Below, piece after piece: positions 28,448-38,317 of a DNA stretch of 64,000 bases. The DNA comes from Pseudomonas phage BRkr, in the sequence record LC765218.1, one strand, 5' to 3'. A model generated the notes under the pieces. It saw only the letters and a list, made by a program, of their open reading frames with translations, did no database searches and was not told the origin of the DNA. Each line of letters starts with the position of its first letter. The stretch's first letter is position 1. Position numbers and translations under genes: made by a program.

Positions 28448-28482
28448 CATAAAGCCCCTACCGAATGGTAGGGGCTTTATGT
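28448..28482. terminator. bidirectional terminator
   Basis: CATAAAGCCCCTACC-gaat-GGTAGGGGCTTTATG. Confidence 0.7.
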
Positions 28483-28484
28483 TG

Positions 28485-28766
28485 TCAACCGCTACTAGTC
28501 GCATCGGGTCTACCGGTTGCAGTATGACCACAGCTAGCGGACATTCCTTGCAGAACAATTGGCACGCCTTTAATAAAAGCTTTCGTTGAAGCTTGTACCA
28601 TGTTTGCGCTGTTATGTGGGGATCGCCCATGTCCATCTACGGGATCACCTAATACAGCAATTGGATTACCTTTATAGAAGCCAGTTGAATTACCACTTGG
28701 TCTTATTGTTCCACCAGCAGAATCTATATTACAAACAGCTATACCAGGCATTAGACAATATCCCAT
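28485..28766 (-). CDS. PAAR-repeat spike tip protein
   Basis: 93 aa, Gly/His/Cys-rich, with motifs [10 protein letters not shown] and [10 protein letters not shown] typical of PAAR domains. Immediately downstream of, and overlapping, the spike gene. Confidence 0.65.
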   Translation of the reverse strand: MGYCLMPGIAVCNIDSAGGTIRPSGNSTGFYKGNPIAVLGDPVDGHGRSPHNSANMVQASTKAFIKGVPIVLQGMSASCGHTATGRPDATSSG

Positions 28767-29560
28767 CTTCCAGTTTGTTCGATAATGTGACCCGCCACAG
28801 TTGTATGTGTCCCACTACTCGTTAGTGTAGTATTAGACGTATTACTGTTAATCGAATCTGGTCGCAGCTCAAGAGTTGTTCCGCCCACGGTCATTTTGAT
28901 ATGATCATCCGCAGACATTTCGATCCATTGCCGTTCTACCTTAACAAAAGAGTTGTCCGAGTTTATTAATTGTACACGTCGTTCAGTTGAATCAAGTTCT
29001 ATAAGCTGACCAACATCGTCTTTAATATAGACTGCGCCATAATCAGTATTGATTTGGAATGTGTATGCGAAAGGTTCTCCATTTGCTTTAGATGTACCGA
29101 TTGTCCAGTGTTTGTCATGTGCTGATATAGCCATGAAATAACACGTGCTAAAATCGATACCACCACCACCAGGTTTGGGCGAAGCATTCCATGCAAATAC
29201 AACGGATTCTAATGTACGAAGATTGTTACGAAGACCCATACACCGCCAATAGTACTGATCGGTGTCTCCCATTCGCCAAATCTCTACGATCTCGTTACGA
29301 CGTACATCTGGTGGAGTAACACGGTTGTCTTCGTTCGGTAGCCATTCACAGTTAGTCGTTCTAGTTGTAGTAGCTTTAACATTATACTGATTACCCTCGG
29401 CATCGAAACCTTGTAGTGTTTCCTGCAATGGGTCAAACGTTACTTCACCATCAGTACCAGTGGCAAGCTCTACAGGTAAAACGTCCACATGCCTTGAAGA
29501 ACGTTCTTTGTTTGCAGCTACTCTACCAATACTTACTAATTTGAAAATTGAAGCTTCCAT
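28751..29560 (-). CDS. baseplate central spike protein (gp5/VgrG-like)
   Basis: 269 aa. N-terminal OB-fold-like region, then Thr/Ser-rich short beta-strand repeats ([27 protein letters not shown]) suggesting a beta-helix. Forms an operon with the PAAR gene. Confidence 0.5.
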   Translation of the reverse strand: MEASIFKLVSIGRVAANKERSSRHVDVLPVELATGTDGEVTFDPLQETLQGFDAEGNQYNVKATTTRTTNCEWLPNEDNRVTPPDVRRNEIVEIWRMGDTDQYYWRCMGLRNNLRTLESVVFAWNASPKPGGGGIDFSTCYFMAISAHDKHWTIGTSKANGEPFAYTFQINTDYGAVYIKDDVGQLIELDSTERRVQLINSDNSFVKVERQWIEMSADDHIKMTVGGTTLELRPDSINSNTSNTTLTSSGTHTTVAGHIIEQTGRWDIV

Positions 29561-29628
29561 ATGTTCCTCTGAATAATTACTGATAACCTTAGTTCTATAG
29601 GGTAACGTACGATTTTAAGGGCTTACCA

Positions 29629-32121
29629 ATGCAAATCACTCTACTGCGTTTGAAAAAATTCAAACGACTTATGACGGCAAATATCCAATTCTTCGAATGG
29701 ACCCCCACTAAGAACATGATGATTATACTCGGTTCTAATGGTTCGGGTAAATCGTCAGTTATGGATGAACTAACTCCATTGCCATCTCGACATACAAACT
29801 TTGATAAAGATGGTTTTAAAGAATTCCATTGCTACCATAATGGAAGCCTTTATGTACTTCATTCGGTATATGGTCATGGTACTGGTCGTCACTCTTTCAA
29901 ACGGGATAATGAAGAGTTGAATAGCGGCGGTACATATAAAATCCAAGAAGAACTCTGTCTACAAGAGTTTGGACTTACGCGTGAAATCCATGAGATTGCA
30001 ACTGGTCGAGTTAAATTTACCGCTATGTCTACAGCAAAGCGCCGCGAGATTCTTACGCGGATGTCAACTGTTGATTTGACTTATGCGTTAGATGTATACA
30101 GAGACATTAAACAGGAACATCGCAGTCAGAAAGGTGTCATCGATCTAATCACAAAACGCCTAGTCACTGAAAATCACGATATCTTTAGTGATAGTGAAAT
30201 GACACTGATGCGCGAAGAGACCTCTCGTCTTACTAAGCGTTTGAATAAACTCTTCCAAGAAAAGCAAAATGATGTTCGACCTGCTTTCCAGAATGTGCAA
30301 CAAGCTGAAAACGAACTCGAATCTATTCTGAATGATGCACGCGCTTGCCTACGTGATTATCCAATGTTACCGGCCGCTATTCGTGTAGCTAACCATGGAG
30401 AATTCCAGGTAGAATTCAATCGGGTATCGGAGCAATACTCTTCGATCAATGCAGTGATTAATCGTCTTGCAGAAGAACTAGAAAAGCTTCGTACTAACTC
30501 TCCATCGGCGATTGAAATATCGGAAGATGATGTTAATGCATTGAAACAACAGCATGCTGCGAATCTGGCGAATGTTGAATCGTGTATTAACTCGATGAAA
30601 ACTTATACTGGTCAATTTCCAATTATTAAGTTTAATACAGCCGGTGCTGATCCTATTTGTAAGTTGGATGGAATGTTCGACCGATGGTTTGATCTGTTAA
30701 CTAGTTTCCCTGATAACGGTGACGGTTGGATGAATCGGGAAGAAGCAACCAAACGACAGAACCGTCAGAAAGAGCTTAGGAATATTTACGCACAAGTCTC
30801 AGATAAAATCGAGCAGGCTAATTCCAGGTTGTCGCGTTTGAAAGGTTGTGAATCTGTGGTATGTCCATCTTGTACCCATGAATTTAAACCTGGCGTAGAT
30901 CCATCTGAAACGGATATGCTTGAAGCTTCTAAAGTTAAACTCCACGAAGCTATTGATCGTATCGAAGCAGAACAAAAAGAGAACGAAGAATATCTTGAGA
31001 AATTCCAGGACTATTCAAGTTATGTTTTCCAGTACATGTCTTTGACAAAAGACTACCCAGAGTTTAATGAACTGTGGGATTACTGTGCAACTAACATGAC
31101 AATGTATCGGACTCCTGCATTGCATAAGACTGATGCTTTGCAATGGCATACAGCCATGCGGAGTTATGTCAAATCCCGTACTGAACTAGAGCTTGCTACT
31201 AATATCGAGAAACGTCTTAAAGTTATCGCTGAGATAGACCAAGATGCAATCGGTTATATGAAACGCCGCGCCGAAGAATTGGAAACTGAAATTAACATCA
31301 TGTATGTTAAAGCTTCAGATATCAATCAGTACATGCAAGATCTACGGTCTGGTGAACAATCTATTCTACGTAACAATAAACGTATCCATGATGTCCTGGA
31401 CCGTTATGAAATGTGGAAAGATAAAGTAGAGCGTCATTCGGAGTATTTGCTTGATAGAGCCTATACTGAAGAGATAGGAACCATCCAGGTAAAACTCGCT
31501 GAAACAACGCGACAGCTCACACAGATGGAACAACGTGAAACGACCATACGTACGCTTGAAAACGAAGTAACAAATGCTACTGAAGTACATAGCGATCTTG
31601 GTATTCTAATTAAGTCGTTATCTCCAAACGGTGGATTGTTGGGTCGATATATGCTTGGCTTCTTGCAGGGTGTTACTTACATTGTCAATGCATTCATTGA
31701 CGAGGTGTGGACATACCCAATGGAAGTACTACCTTCTAAAGTTGAAAAGGAGGAGTTAGACTACAACTTCCCTCTCAAAGTAGCAGGCGGTCAAGTAATG
31801 GCACCTGACATTTCGTATGGTTCCGATAGTCAATTGGAAATCGTTAACTTTGCATTCAAGATGGCTATTCTGAAGTTCCTCGGTCTTGAAGACATGCCAT
31901 TGTATCTTGATGAATTTGGTCGTACGTTTGATGAACAACACCGCGCAAACTTAATCCCGTTTATCTCTCGTCTTATCGAGAACGGTCAATTTAAACAAGT
32001 GTTCTTTATCAGCCACTTCCAGTCTACTCATGGTGCTTTCAATAATGCAGAAGTAGTTGTTATTAACCCAACTAATATCACCGTACCTGAAGCTTATAAC
32101 AAGAACGTAGTTATCAAGTGA
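29629..32121 (+). CDS. SbcC/Rad50-like recombination ATPase (T4 gp46-like) with zinc hook
   Basis: N-terminal P-loop ILGSNGSGKSS. Long central coiled coil containing the CxxC zinc hook (VVCPSCTHEF). C-terminal Walker-B/D-loop LYLDEFGRTFDEQ. The FISH motif before the D-loop is consistent with SMC-type ATPases. Confidence 0.75.
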   Translation: MQITLLRLKKFKRLMTANIQFFEWTPTKNMMIILGSNGSGKSSVMDELTPLPSRHTNFDKDGFKEFHCYHNGSLYVLHSVYGHGTGRHSFKRDNEELNSGGTYKIQEELCLQEFGLTREIHEIATGRVKFTAMSTAKRREILTRMSTVDLTYALDVYRDIKQEHRSQKGVIDLITKRLVTENHDIFSDSEMTLMREETSRLTKRLNKLFQEKQNDVRPAFQNVQQAENELESILNDARACLRDYPMLPAAIRVANHGEFQVEFNRVSEQYSSINAVINRLAEELEKLRTNSPSAIEISEDDVNALKQQHAANLANVESCINSMKTYTGQFPIIKFNTAGADPICKLDGMFDRWFDLLTSFPDNGDGWMNREEATKRQNRQKELRNIYAQVSDKIEQANSRLSRLKGCESVVCPSCTHEFKPGVDPSETDMLEASKVKLHEAIDRIEAEQKENEEYLEKFQDYSSYVFQYMSLTKDYPEFNELWDYCATNMTMYRTPALHKTDALQWHTAMRSYVKSRTELELATNIEKRLKVIAEIDQDAIGYMKRRAEELETEINIMYVKASDINQYMQDLRSGEQSILRNNKRIHDVLDRYEMWKDKVERHSEYLLDRAYTEEIGTIQVKLAETTRQLTQMEQRETTIRTLENEVTNATEVHSDLGILIKSLSPNGGLLGRYMLGFLQGVTYIVNAFIDEVWTYPMEVLPSKVEKEELDYNFPLKVAGGQVMAPDISYGSDSQLEIVNFAFKMAILKFLGLEDMPLYLDEFGRTFDEQHRANLIPFISRLIENGQFKQVFFISHFQSTHGAFNNAEVVVINPTNITVPEAYNKNVVIK

Positions 32122-32151
32122 GTACAAGGTAATCTGTTTGGAGTCTATCAA

Positions 32152-32496
32152 ATGACCGAAAAAGAGAGAGTAGAGTTGCTGGAGATTATCTTCGATAACT
32201 TCTATTACCTACTTATACCACATTACCGACATGATCTTTCAGCCATCACTAGTCGGTTTGAATATGTGTTTAAAGAGCAAGCGAGATTGTTGTTGGGGGA
32301 TCTACGTATAGAAGTACCTCATATTAGGTCTAAAACGCTCTTTACGGTGGCGATCAATGAAACACGTGTCCTTGTAGTAGAATGGGAAGAAGGTGTTAAG
32401 GTGGAGCTCCTAGAAGGTTTAAATGGACAACTCTGGCGCTCCCTGTTGAAGGCTATAGTTGGTAGTTCATCGTACGTCCTAAGAGCATCGTGTTAA
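32152..32496 (+). CDS. hypothetical protein
   Basis: 114-aa ORF. Terminator follows at 32500. Confidence 0.45.
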   Translation: MTEKERVELLEIIFDNFYYLLIPHYRHDLSAITSRFEYVFKEQARLLLGDLRIEVPHIRSKTLFTVAINETRVLVVEWEEGVKVELLEGLNGQLWRSLLKAIVGSSSYVLRASC

Positions 32497-32499
32497 TAT

Positions 32500-32530
32500 A
32501 AACGCCTCCCTTCTGGGAGGCTTTATGTTG
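32500..32530 (+). terminator. rho-independent terminator
   Basis: AAACGCCTCCC-ttct-GGGAGGCTTTATG. Confidence 0.65.
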
Positions 32531-32549
32531 TCTTACATTTAAAGCATTT

Positions 32550-32572
32550 TAAACCCTATATTACAAATGTGA
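32550..32572 (+). promoter_or_regulatory. candidate phage-specific (early/vRNAP-type) promoter, motif CCTATATTACAAATGTGA
   Basis: AT-rich motif 25 nt after a terminator and ~40 nt upstream of the 32602 start. Shares CTATATTAC with 34468 and 39504. Confidence 0.45.
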
Positions 32573-32601
32573 TAAAACTACCTATGTAAAAGGAAATTAC
32601 C

Positions 32602-32913
32602 ATGAATATTCAAACCAATGTACTCCTTGAGTGTGGTTACCGTGATGGTGACAAAAACAAATCGATAGCAATCTATCGCTTCGAGCAGACTCTTCCAGGA
32701 CGAGACCTTTCTTATTTTGCAGTAAGTAGTATCGATCCTAAAGAAGACCTCGATAAGTTCTTGGTATATGCCAAGTTCTTTAACACTCGCTCTGTTTCAA
32801 CTGCATACTTGCACGCGTTCATGAAATATGATTCTGGTCAGGATCTCACTGAACAAGATTATCATGACATGAATGTAGGTAAGTGCTACGAAGAGCTTCT
32901 CGCTGACGTTTAA
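32602..32913 (+). CDS. hypothetical early protein
   Basis: 103-aa ORF downstream of the CTATATTAC promoter-like motif. AAGGAAA RBS. Confidence 0.45.
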   Translation: MNIQTNVLLECGYRDGDKNKSIAIYRFEQTLPGRDLSYFAVSSIDPKEDLDKFLVYAKFFNTRSVSTAYLHAFMKYDSGQDLTEQDYHDMNVGKCYEELLADV

Positions 32914-32928
32914 CGTCAAGGACTAGTC

Positions 32929-33285
32929 ATGTTTAACGTAGACAGTATCAATCGGTTAGCTAAGCGTATACGCCTTATTAAAGGGTGTCCCGCTCGGATG
33001 TTTGTTACACTGAGATCAGAGCATGGGCATTACTATGATCTTGATATCAGTGGTGACGCTTTCATCTTTGTAATGCGTAATGGCCGACCAGATGCTACTG
33101 TTTACGGTCATTATAAAGAGGATGTTGGTGGGTACATCCAATTGACTCAATGGACATGTACGCTGACTGACGACGAAGTTGGAGACCTTCTCCACACAAT
33201 AGATCGTACTATCGCACTGCATACAGAATGCAATTACATTGTACTTGCTAACAAACATCTTTTTAAGGATACATTTCATGTTTAA
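32929..33285 (+). CDS. hypothetical protein
   Basis: 118-aa ORF. ATGTTTAA stop/start overlap with the next gene. Confidence 0.45.
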   Translation: MFNVDSINRLAKRIRLIKGCPARMFVTLRSEHGHYYDLDISGDAFIFVMRNGRPDATVYGHYKEDVGGYIQLTQWTCTLTDDEVGDLLHTIDRTIALHTECNYIVLANKHLFKDTFHV

Positions 33286-33973
33286 CAAAGATCTCTCGCG
33301 TGACGTAGCAATTGGTGTAACGTACTCCATCGATTTCCTTTGCCAGGTTTATGGCGTCAAGAATTCGCTGGATATGATTTCTTCTGAAGGTTCAAACCAG
33401 TCTCTTATCGATATCGCGCACGTACCTATGTTCCACCGTAGGGTTCCGATGAACCTGGTTCGATCGACTTCCAACTCCACTGGTTGGAAATATCATGAAC
33501 GTGATACCAATGAAGAGACCTGGAAAATGATGGACCTTACGGATGAAAAATTCCGTGAGTTCGTAATTCCTCTGGATGCTTATAATAAGATCCTGAAGTC
33601 CACTCCACCGACTGGCGTATGGGCAGCTGTATCGGGCCTATTCAATTCCATGTCGGCTTCCGAAGCATGCGATATTCTTTTCGGTAAATCTACTTACGGT
33701 GAAGCCTTTGCTGTCTCAGAGGAACGTCGTCGTAAAGAGGCAGAGGAAGCCGCCAAAAAGGCTGTATATCGCACGATAGTGAAAGAGCTGCATCGTCAGG
33801 TCTCTGAGACCCAAAACGTCATAGACGCCATGGGGAGCTCCTCTTTCATTGAACGCTTGCTTCGCACTGGTGAATACGGTGACGTCTACCGTATTGTTTT
33901 CATCGATCTGTACACTCAACACTTCTGTACTCCCCCGCGGGATAACGAGTGGAAAGGTACGGCACTTTTCTAA
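33278..33973 (+). CDS. hypothetical protein
   Basis: Start moved to ATG 33278, which overlaps the upstream stop. 231 aa. Confidence 0.5.
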   Translation: MFNKDLSRDVAIGVTYSIDFLCQVYGVKNSLDMISSEGSNQSLIDIAHVPMFHRRVPMNLVRSTSNSTGWKYHERDTNEETWKMMDLTDEKFREFVIPLDAYNKILKSTPPTGVWAAVSGLFNSMSASEACDILFGKSTYGEAFAVSEERRRKEAEEAAKKAVYRTIVKELHRQVSETQNVIDAMGSSSFIERLLRTGEYGDVYRIVFIDLYTQHFCTPPRDNEWKGTALF

Positions 33974-34009
33974 TCAACATAAATTCAAACCCAACGAAAG
34001 GAATATACA

Positions 34010-34402
34010 ATGACTACTCTTGCTCAGAAATACGCTGGTCACCTCGTTAACCTGACCGCGACGGCTGGTAATCTGGCTACCCTCACTCGCGATATCCTGA
34101 ACAACGCCGACAACCGTTCGTTCATGGATGATGTTCGTGAAGCGTCCGATATGTCTCTGTCTCACCTGCAACAGCTCGTGGAGATGGACATGAAGACGAT
34201 TGAACGTAACATGGCTCTTCTCAAGGCTGCTCTGTACGTCCAAGACGTAGAGCTGGCCAACGGTAAGGGCGACTGGCGTGAGGTTGCCGATACCGATCAC
34301 ACCATCAAAGCGGTGGTGGCGCTTCGTCGCAATATCACCGAACTGTCCGTATCGGAAGCGAAGGCGGTCGTCGAAGGTTACAAAGCTGGTATCTTCAAGT
34401 AA
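34010..34402 (+). CDS. hypothetical protein
   Basis: 130 aa, AAGGAA RBS. Followed by a strong terminator. Preferred over the antisense ORF 33974..34417. Confidence 0.5.
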   Translation: MTTLAQKYAGHLVNLTATAGNLATLTRDILNNADNRSFMDDVREASDMSLSHLQQLVEMDMKTIERNMALLKAALYVQDVELANGKGDWREVADTDHTIKAVVALRRNITELSVSEAKAVVEGYKAGIFK

Positions 34403-34412
34403 GTTGTAAATA

Positions 34413-34452
34413 GACATAAAGCCCTCTCCCGAAGGAGAGGGCTTTATGTCAA
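34413..34452 (+). terminator. rho-independent terminator
   Basis: GACATAAAGCCCTCTCC-cgaa-GGAGAGGGCTTTATGTC, a 17-bp stem. Confidence 0.75.
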
Positions 34453-34465
34453 TAAAATTTTTTTC

Positions 34466-34486
34466 AGATCTATATTACCTAATTGA
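34466..34486 (+). promoter_or_regulatory. candidate phage-specific promoter, motif ATCTATATTACCTAATTGAG
   Basis: Same core 15 nt after the 34413 terminator. Confidence 0.45.
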
Positions 34487-34667
34487 GCCGTATCTAAGGA
34501 TACCGTTCGTTTAAAGAGGTGACTAACATGAACTGGAAAACTTTGGCCGCTATTAGCATCGGCGTATTCATTGGTGCTACCATCGTATTCGGAGGAGATC
34601 TATTCGCGACTAATCAGAATGATGAAACTACTGTCGATGAGGCAGATGCAACTCCAATCAACGTAGA

Positions 34668-35108
34668 ATGACTTACCGCAGCATAGAGGTCCTTAGGAGC
34701 CACTTTGCTGTCGATCATTTAACGGATCTGTTGTACATAGATTCGGTAAGAGAACAGATTGAACATTTCCGTTTCTATTACCGTGGTACTGAAAGACATA
34801 TCTGTAAAGAGAAAGGCGAGTATTGGTGTCTTCATAGAGGACGTAATGGGGAGTGGGTTAAAGAGCAACTCACTGAAACAATCCTTTCTGAATTTAAGGT
34901 ACTCGATCACGAATGGCGTATACTTGCTGGCATTGAGTTAGATGATACTACTGAAGTAAAAGAAGAACAAAAGGAGTATTATGATTACTTGAAACAAAAT
35001 GAAAAGAAAGTAAAAGAGGAGAGTGCTAGTGAATTGATGGCAGCATTGTTCATGGGAACAATGTTTACTGTAACAAGTTGCCACATCTATCGGATGTGGA
35101 ACAAGTAG
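34668..35108 (+). CDS. hypothetical protein
   Basis: 146-aa ORF downstream of a promoter-like motif. Confidence 0.45.
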   Translation: MTYRSIEVLRSHFAVDHLTDLLYIDSVREQIEHFRFYYRGTERHICKEKGEYWCLHRGRNGEWVKEQLTETILSEFKVLDHEWRILAGIELDDTTEVKEEQKEYYDYLKQNEKKVKEESASELMAALFMGTMFTVTSCHIYRMWNK

Positions 35109-35235
35109 TTTGAGTGATGTTTGTTCATGGGAATATTTACCTGATAGGTAAGGATATGTAGGACTAAGAATAAGGAGGGGACTCTTTATATTCTTTTATC
35201 CTACAGTTCTTTTAAATAGACCTAGGTAAATACTC

Positions 35236-35871
35236 ATGAGCAACATCCCTTTCTACTGGACTGTAAAAACAACCGGTTTAACCGAATCCGAATTAATCAA
35301 CACCGTACTTCGTCTTCATGAAGAAGTTGACAGTGTAAACGATACTATCATCGATGGTACTCTAGTAGACCTCGATGTATTGTTAGAAGTTAAAGGACAA
35401 GATGATCTAGTTGATGATGCTATCATTGATTGGATCCGTGATAACTATAAAGCAGGCGATAACATCGTTCTGAAAGTAAAAACTAATCGATTTGTATTTG
35501 GTTGGTTTGCACAAGGTATTGTTGATATTGGAGCAATTCTCCAGAAATATGAACAAGTCCCTGACATGCCAATGGTATTCGATACCTTTAAGCTGAAAGA
35601 TTACAATAAAGAGAAACCCCGTAAGAAAGGTTTCTTTGAACAGTTTAAAGAAAGTATAAATCCGTTGGTTGAATTAGCATATCAGAATAAAGGCTCTATT
35701 GCTGGAATTGCACTCGTTGCAGGTAGTGTACTCTTTGCAAAAAAGTTACAAGACGATCTGGTCAAAACCACAGAAGAAACCGTCCGTAAGACAATGCAAG
35801 AATTTGAACCACCAATCGTCGAAATCCATATCGATGAGTATGGTACATTTGAAGACGTTATTGTTGATTAA
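35236..35871 (+). CDS. hypothetical protein
   Basis: 211-aa ORF with a hydrophobic segment near aa 155-175. Bidirectional terminator follows. Confidence 0.5.
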   Translation: MSNIPFYWTVKTTGLTESELINTVLRLHEEVDSVNDTIIDGTLVDLDVLLEVKGQDDLVDDAIIDWIRDNYKAGDNIVLKVKTNRFVFGWFAQGIVDIGAILQKYEQVPDMPMVFDTFKLKDYNKEKPRKKGFFEQFKESINPLVELAYQNKGSIAGIALVAGSVLFAKKLQDDLVKTTEETVRKTMQEFEPPIVEIHIDEYGTFEDVIVD

Positions 35872-35872
35872 G

Positions 35873-35913
35873 ACAGCATATTGCCCAGCCTATGGAAGGC
35901 TGGGCAATATGTC
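35873..35913. terminator. bidirectional terminator
   Basis: GACAGCATATTGCCCAGCC-tatggaa-GGCTGGGCAATATGTCG. Confidence 0.7.
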
Positions 35914-35914
35914 G

Positions 35915-36427
35915 TTAAGAGAGACCAAGTGCGGCTTCTTCCTCACGTGCTTTCTTTTCAGCAACCGCGCGCATGCGTTCGTTGAACTCTTCAGATGTCT
36001 CGTTAATGACACCAATTTCACCTTCGCCGGCGGCGTGTTCAAACTCACCAAGATCTTCATTATCGATATCTGGTTCTGAACCGCGGTTATCTTCACCAGG
36101 TACGGCAACGAACGGGTTCTTGTTCTTAGCTTGCCTAATGAACTCTGCCATCGATTCAACCAGATCACGTGCAGACTTATTACCTTCTGCTTCGATCTGT
36201 GTACGACGATTCTGGATAGTCGTGCGATCCATCGAGTCCATAACTTTCAACATCGAATCAATAGATTCTTTGTCGGTTGGAATAGTACCATCCACACGGG
36301 AGGTCATTACACCATGAAGAATCCGATGCTTAACGTTTTGTGTAAGTTTTAGCTGGTCTTCATAAGAAAGCTCAGAGTACAAAACCTCTGGTTCTGTCGG
36401 AATAAATTCCGGGATCGGAGTTTCCAT
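35915..36427 (-). CDS. hypothetical acidic protein
   Basis: 170-aa ORF convergent with the plus-strand block. Glu/Asp-rich. Confidence 0.5.
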   Translation of the reverse strand: METPIPEFIPTEPEVLYSELSYEDQLKLTQNVKHRILHGVMTSRVDGTIPTDKESIDSMLKVMDSMDRTTIQNRRTQIEAEGNKSARDLVESMAEFIRQAKNKNPFVAVPGEDNRGSEPDIDNEDLGEFEHAAGEGEIGVINETSEEFNERMRAVAEKKAREEEAALGLS

Positions 36428-36502
36428 TTTACTACCTCACTGTTGAGAAATACTCAACGGAATAACAATATGCCATAAAATGCGGATTAGGGAGTTTTCT
36501 AT

Positions 36503-37045
36503 ATGATTAATACGCTACGCCGCTGGTTACGGGTGTTCCAGCCAGTATCCAAAAAACAACTGTATTCAGCACTGCTTGATCAGTTTGAAGACGAGGGCGT
36601 GCGTCGTGATAATTATCCCATCATGCTTGCAGAATTATGGAATAGAATCGATGTCAAAGACTTCGGTGAAATTTCACCTAGAGACATGATGGCAGTAAAC
36701 ATGGAGCTGCGACATACTAACGTAACTTATCTGATTGAACAGATGAATGTCATTAACACAATGGTATCCACCGGCGATCAAGCAGCTTTAGAACAAATTA
36801 GTAAGAATGAATTCACCCAATTCAGTAGAGTTAACTTAGATGAATACTTTGCTGATGCAAGAGGTTATTCTGTAGATATAGTCGACTCTTTAGAAAAGCT
36901 TAAGACGTATCTTGATAAGCATGCAATGATTCTTGAAACACAAACCGCGAGCTTCTATAGAAGAGTTTTAGGAAGAGTGTATCATGATATCCTTGTACTT
37001 ACCCAAACGCTTGTTGATACCATGAAGGAAGAAACTATGAAATAA
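36503..37045 (+). CDS. hypothetical protein
   Basis: 180-aa ORF, AGGGAG RBS. Confidence 0.5.
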   Translation: MINTLRRWLRVFQPVSKKQLYSALLDQFEDEGVRRDNYPIMLAELWNRIDVKDFGEISPRDMMAVNMELRHTNVTYLIEQMNVINTMVSTGDQAALEQISKNEFTQFSRVNLDEYFADARGYSVDIVDSLEKLKTYLDKHAMILETQTASFYRRVLGRVYHDILVLTQTLVDTMKEETMK

Positions 37046-37098
37046 ATAGAGTTGCGAAACGAAACCTTCTCTTTAATCACCGTAGGTGTAAATGAAAA

Positions 37099-37854
37099 AT
37101 GGATTCTGTACAAGACCTTCTTTCCGATCCCCTTAAGGGAACGTTGCGAGCATCCGATATCCCGTGTTATCTGTTTCGTGAAGTTCTATTGTGGCGTAAG
37201 ATTAACCAACGTACATGGAACCGGCGGCAAGAAGCTTTCTTTGAGAAACCTTGGAATAAAAATAATCAAGACAAGGGTAACCTGAATAAAGCTCTTAAGT
37301 CAGACACGATGCAGTGGTCCGCTTTCAGAAAAGCAATTGACTTCCTGAACCCAGTCCACGCAACACTGGAGATTAAACTGACATGGCGTGACGATCGTGT
37401 TAGTTCGTATGTCATCACGATGGATCCCGAAGAACGGGAAGATGTTCTGACGACCAACAGTTTCCCTTGGCAGGATTGTAAGATATTCGAGAATGCTAAA
37501 CCCGCAGGTACATTGATGGCGCATCTTTTCAGGCACGTTGTTGCAATGGAAGGGAAAGATAAACCAGATATTAAACTCTGGTGGGAGAAGCTTTTTGATG
37601 ATTACACGAAGAATCCCGTTAATGTAGTTGGATTGACTCAGAAAGAAGTGAACCAAAATGTAAACACGTTACGACGTGCTCTGCTTGATCCGAGGGTATC
37701 TTTGAATAACTTCCGTCGTGGTATCCATTTGCTACGCGCAGTTAAGGAAGAATATATTCTGACCCTCCGTTGGTCCGATGATCCAGTTGTCCGTGAATCA
37801 CTTCCGGACTCTGTTCACAAGATCACTATAACTGACCCTGTAGTTGTGGAGTAA
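37099..37854 (+). CDS. hypothetical protein
   Basis: 251-aa ORF. Confidence 0.5.
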   Translation: MDSVQDLLSDPLKGTLRASDIPCYLFREVLLWRKINQRTWNRRQEAFFEKPWNKNNQDKGNLNKALKSDTMQWSAFRKAIDFLNPVHATLEIKLTWRDDRVSSYVITMDPEEREDVLTTNSFPWQDCKIFENAKPAGTLMAHLFRHVVAMEGKDKPDIKLWWEKLFDDYTKNPVNVVGLTQKEVNQNVNTLRRALLDPRVSLNNFRRGIHLLRAVKEEYILTLRWSDDPVVRESLPDSVHKITITDPVVVE

Positions 37855-37858
37855 GAGA

Positions 37859-38236
37859 ATGGATAACTGTATTGACCTGAGCTCTCCCCTTTGCCCTGAT
37901 GTCCTTCAGTTCCATTCATCCGTGTTGAAACATACGGTTACCGGAACAGCTTTTTACAGCTGGAACGGTTTCCGTTTGTATCTTATTACAGGAAAGGTTC
38001 ATCCCAAATATCTAGATGGTATCAACCTTGAAGAAGCTGGGGTGGAAAGTAGATACAAGTTCGTTCCAGATCTGTACGAAAAGATGGAGGAAACTCTTCG
38101 TGTGTGCATTGCCAAGTACCCCCTCCTAAAACTTAAACTTAATAAAAACACACAGATTGTGTGGCGTGCTCACGGTATTACCCCAGCTGAAGAAGAATGG
38201 GTCAATATCGTTAAACGTGTTGCTTCAAGTATGTAA
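37859..38236 (+). CDS. hypothetical protein
   Basis: Internal ATG at 37859, just after the upstream stop. 125 aa. Confidence 0.45.
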   Translation: MDNCIDLSSPLCPDVLQFHSSVLKHTVTGTAFYSWNGFRLYLITGKVHPKYLDGINLEEAGVESRYKFVPDLYEKMEETLRVCIAKYPLLKLKLNKNTQIVWRAHGITPAEEEWVNIVKRVASSM

Positions 38237-38247
38237 AGTGACTGCCT

Positions 38248-38300
38248 TGGGTTCTCCCTTCGGGGAGAGCCTAATGGCAATCATTGTATGACTCTTATTT
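38248..38300 (+). terminator. rho-independent terminator (hairpin plus distal T-run)
   Basis: GGTTCTCCC-ttcg-GGGAGAGCC, then TTATTTTTTTTT ~25 nt downstream. Confidence 0.45.
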
Positions 38301-38317
38301 TTTTTTGGTGAAATTCA

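Noticed and set aside
33974-34417. 147-aa minus-strand ORF
   Set aside because: Overlaps plus-strand ORF 34010..34402, which has a strong AAGGAA RBS and is followed by a terminator in the plus orientation.
34529-34666. 45-aa ORF with strong AGAGGTGA RBS. I first misread it as a TM peptide after a base-insertion error in my own reading.
   Set aside because: On re-reading, the correct frame gives a 45-aa basic peptide without a TM helix. It is too short and featureless to call. Possibly a real small early gene.
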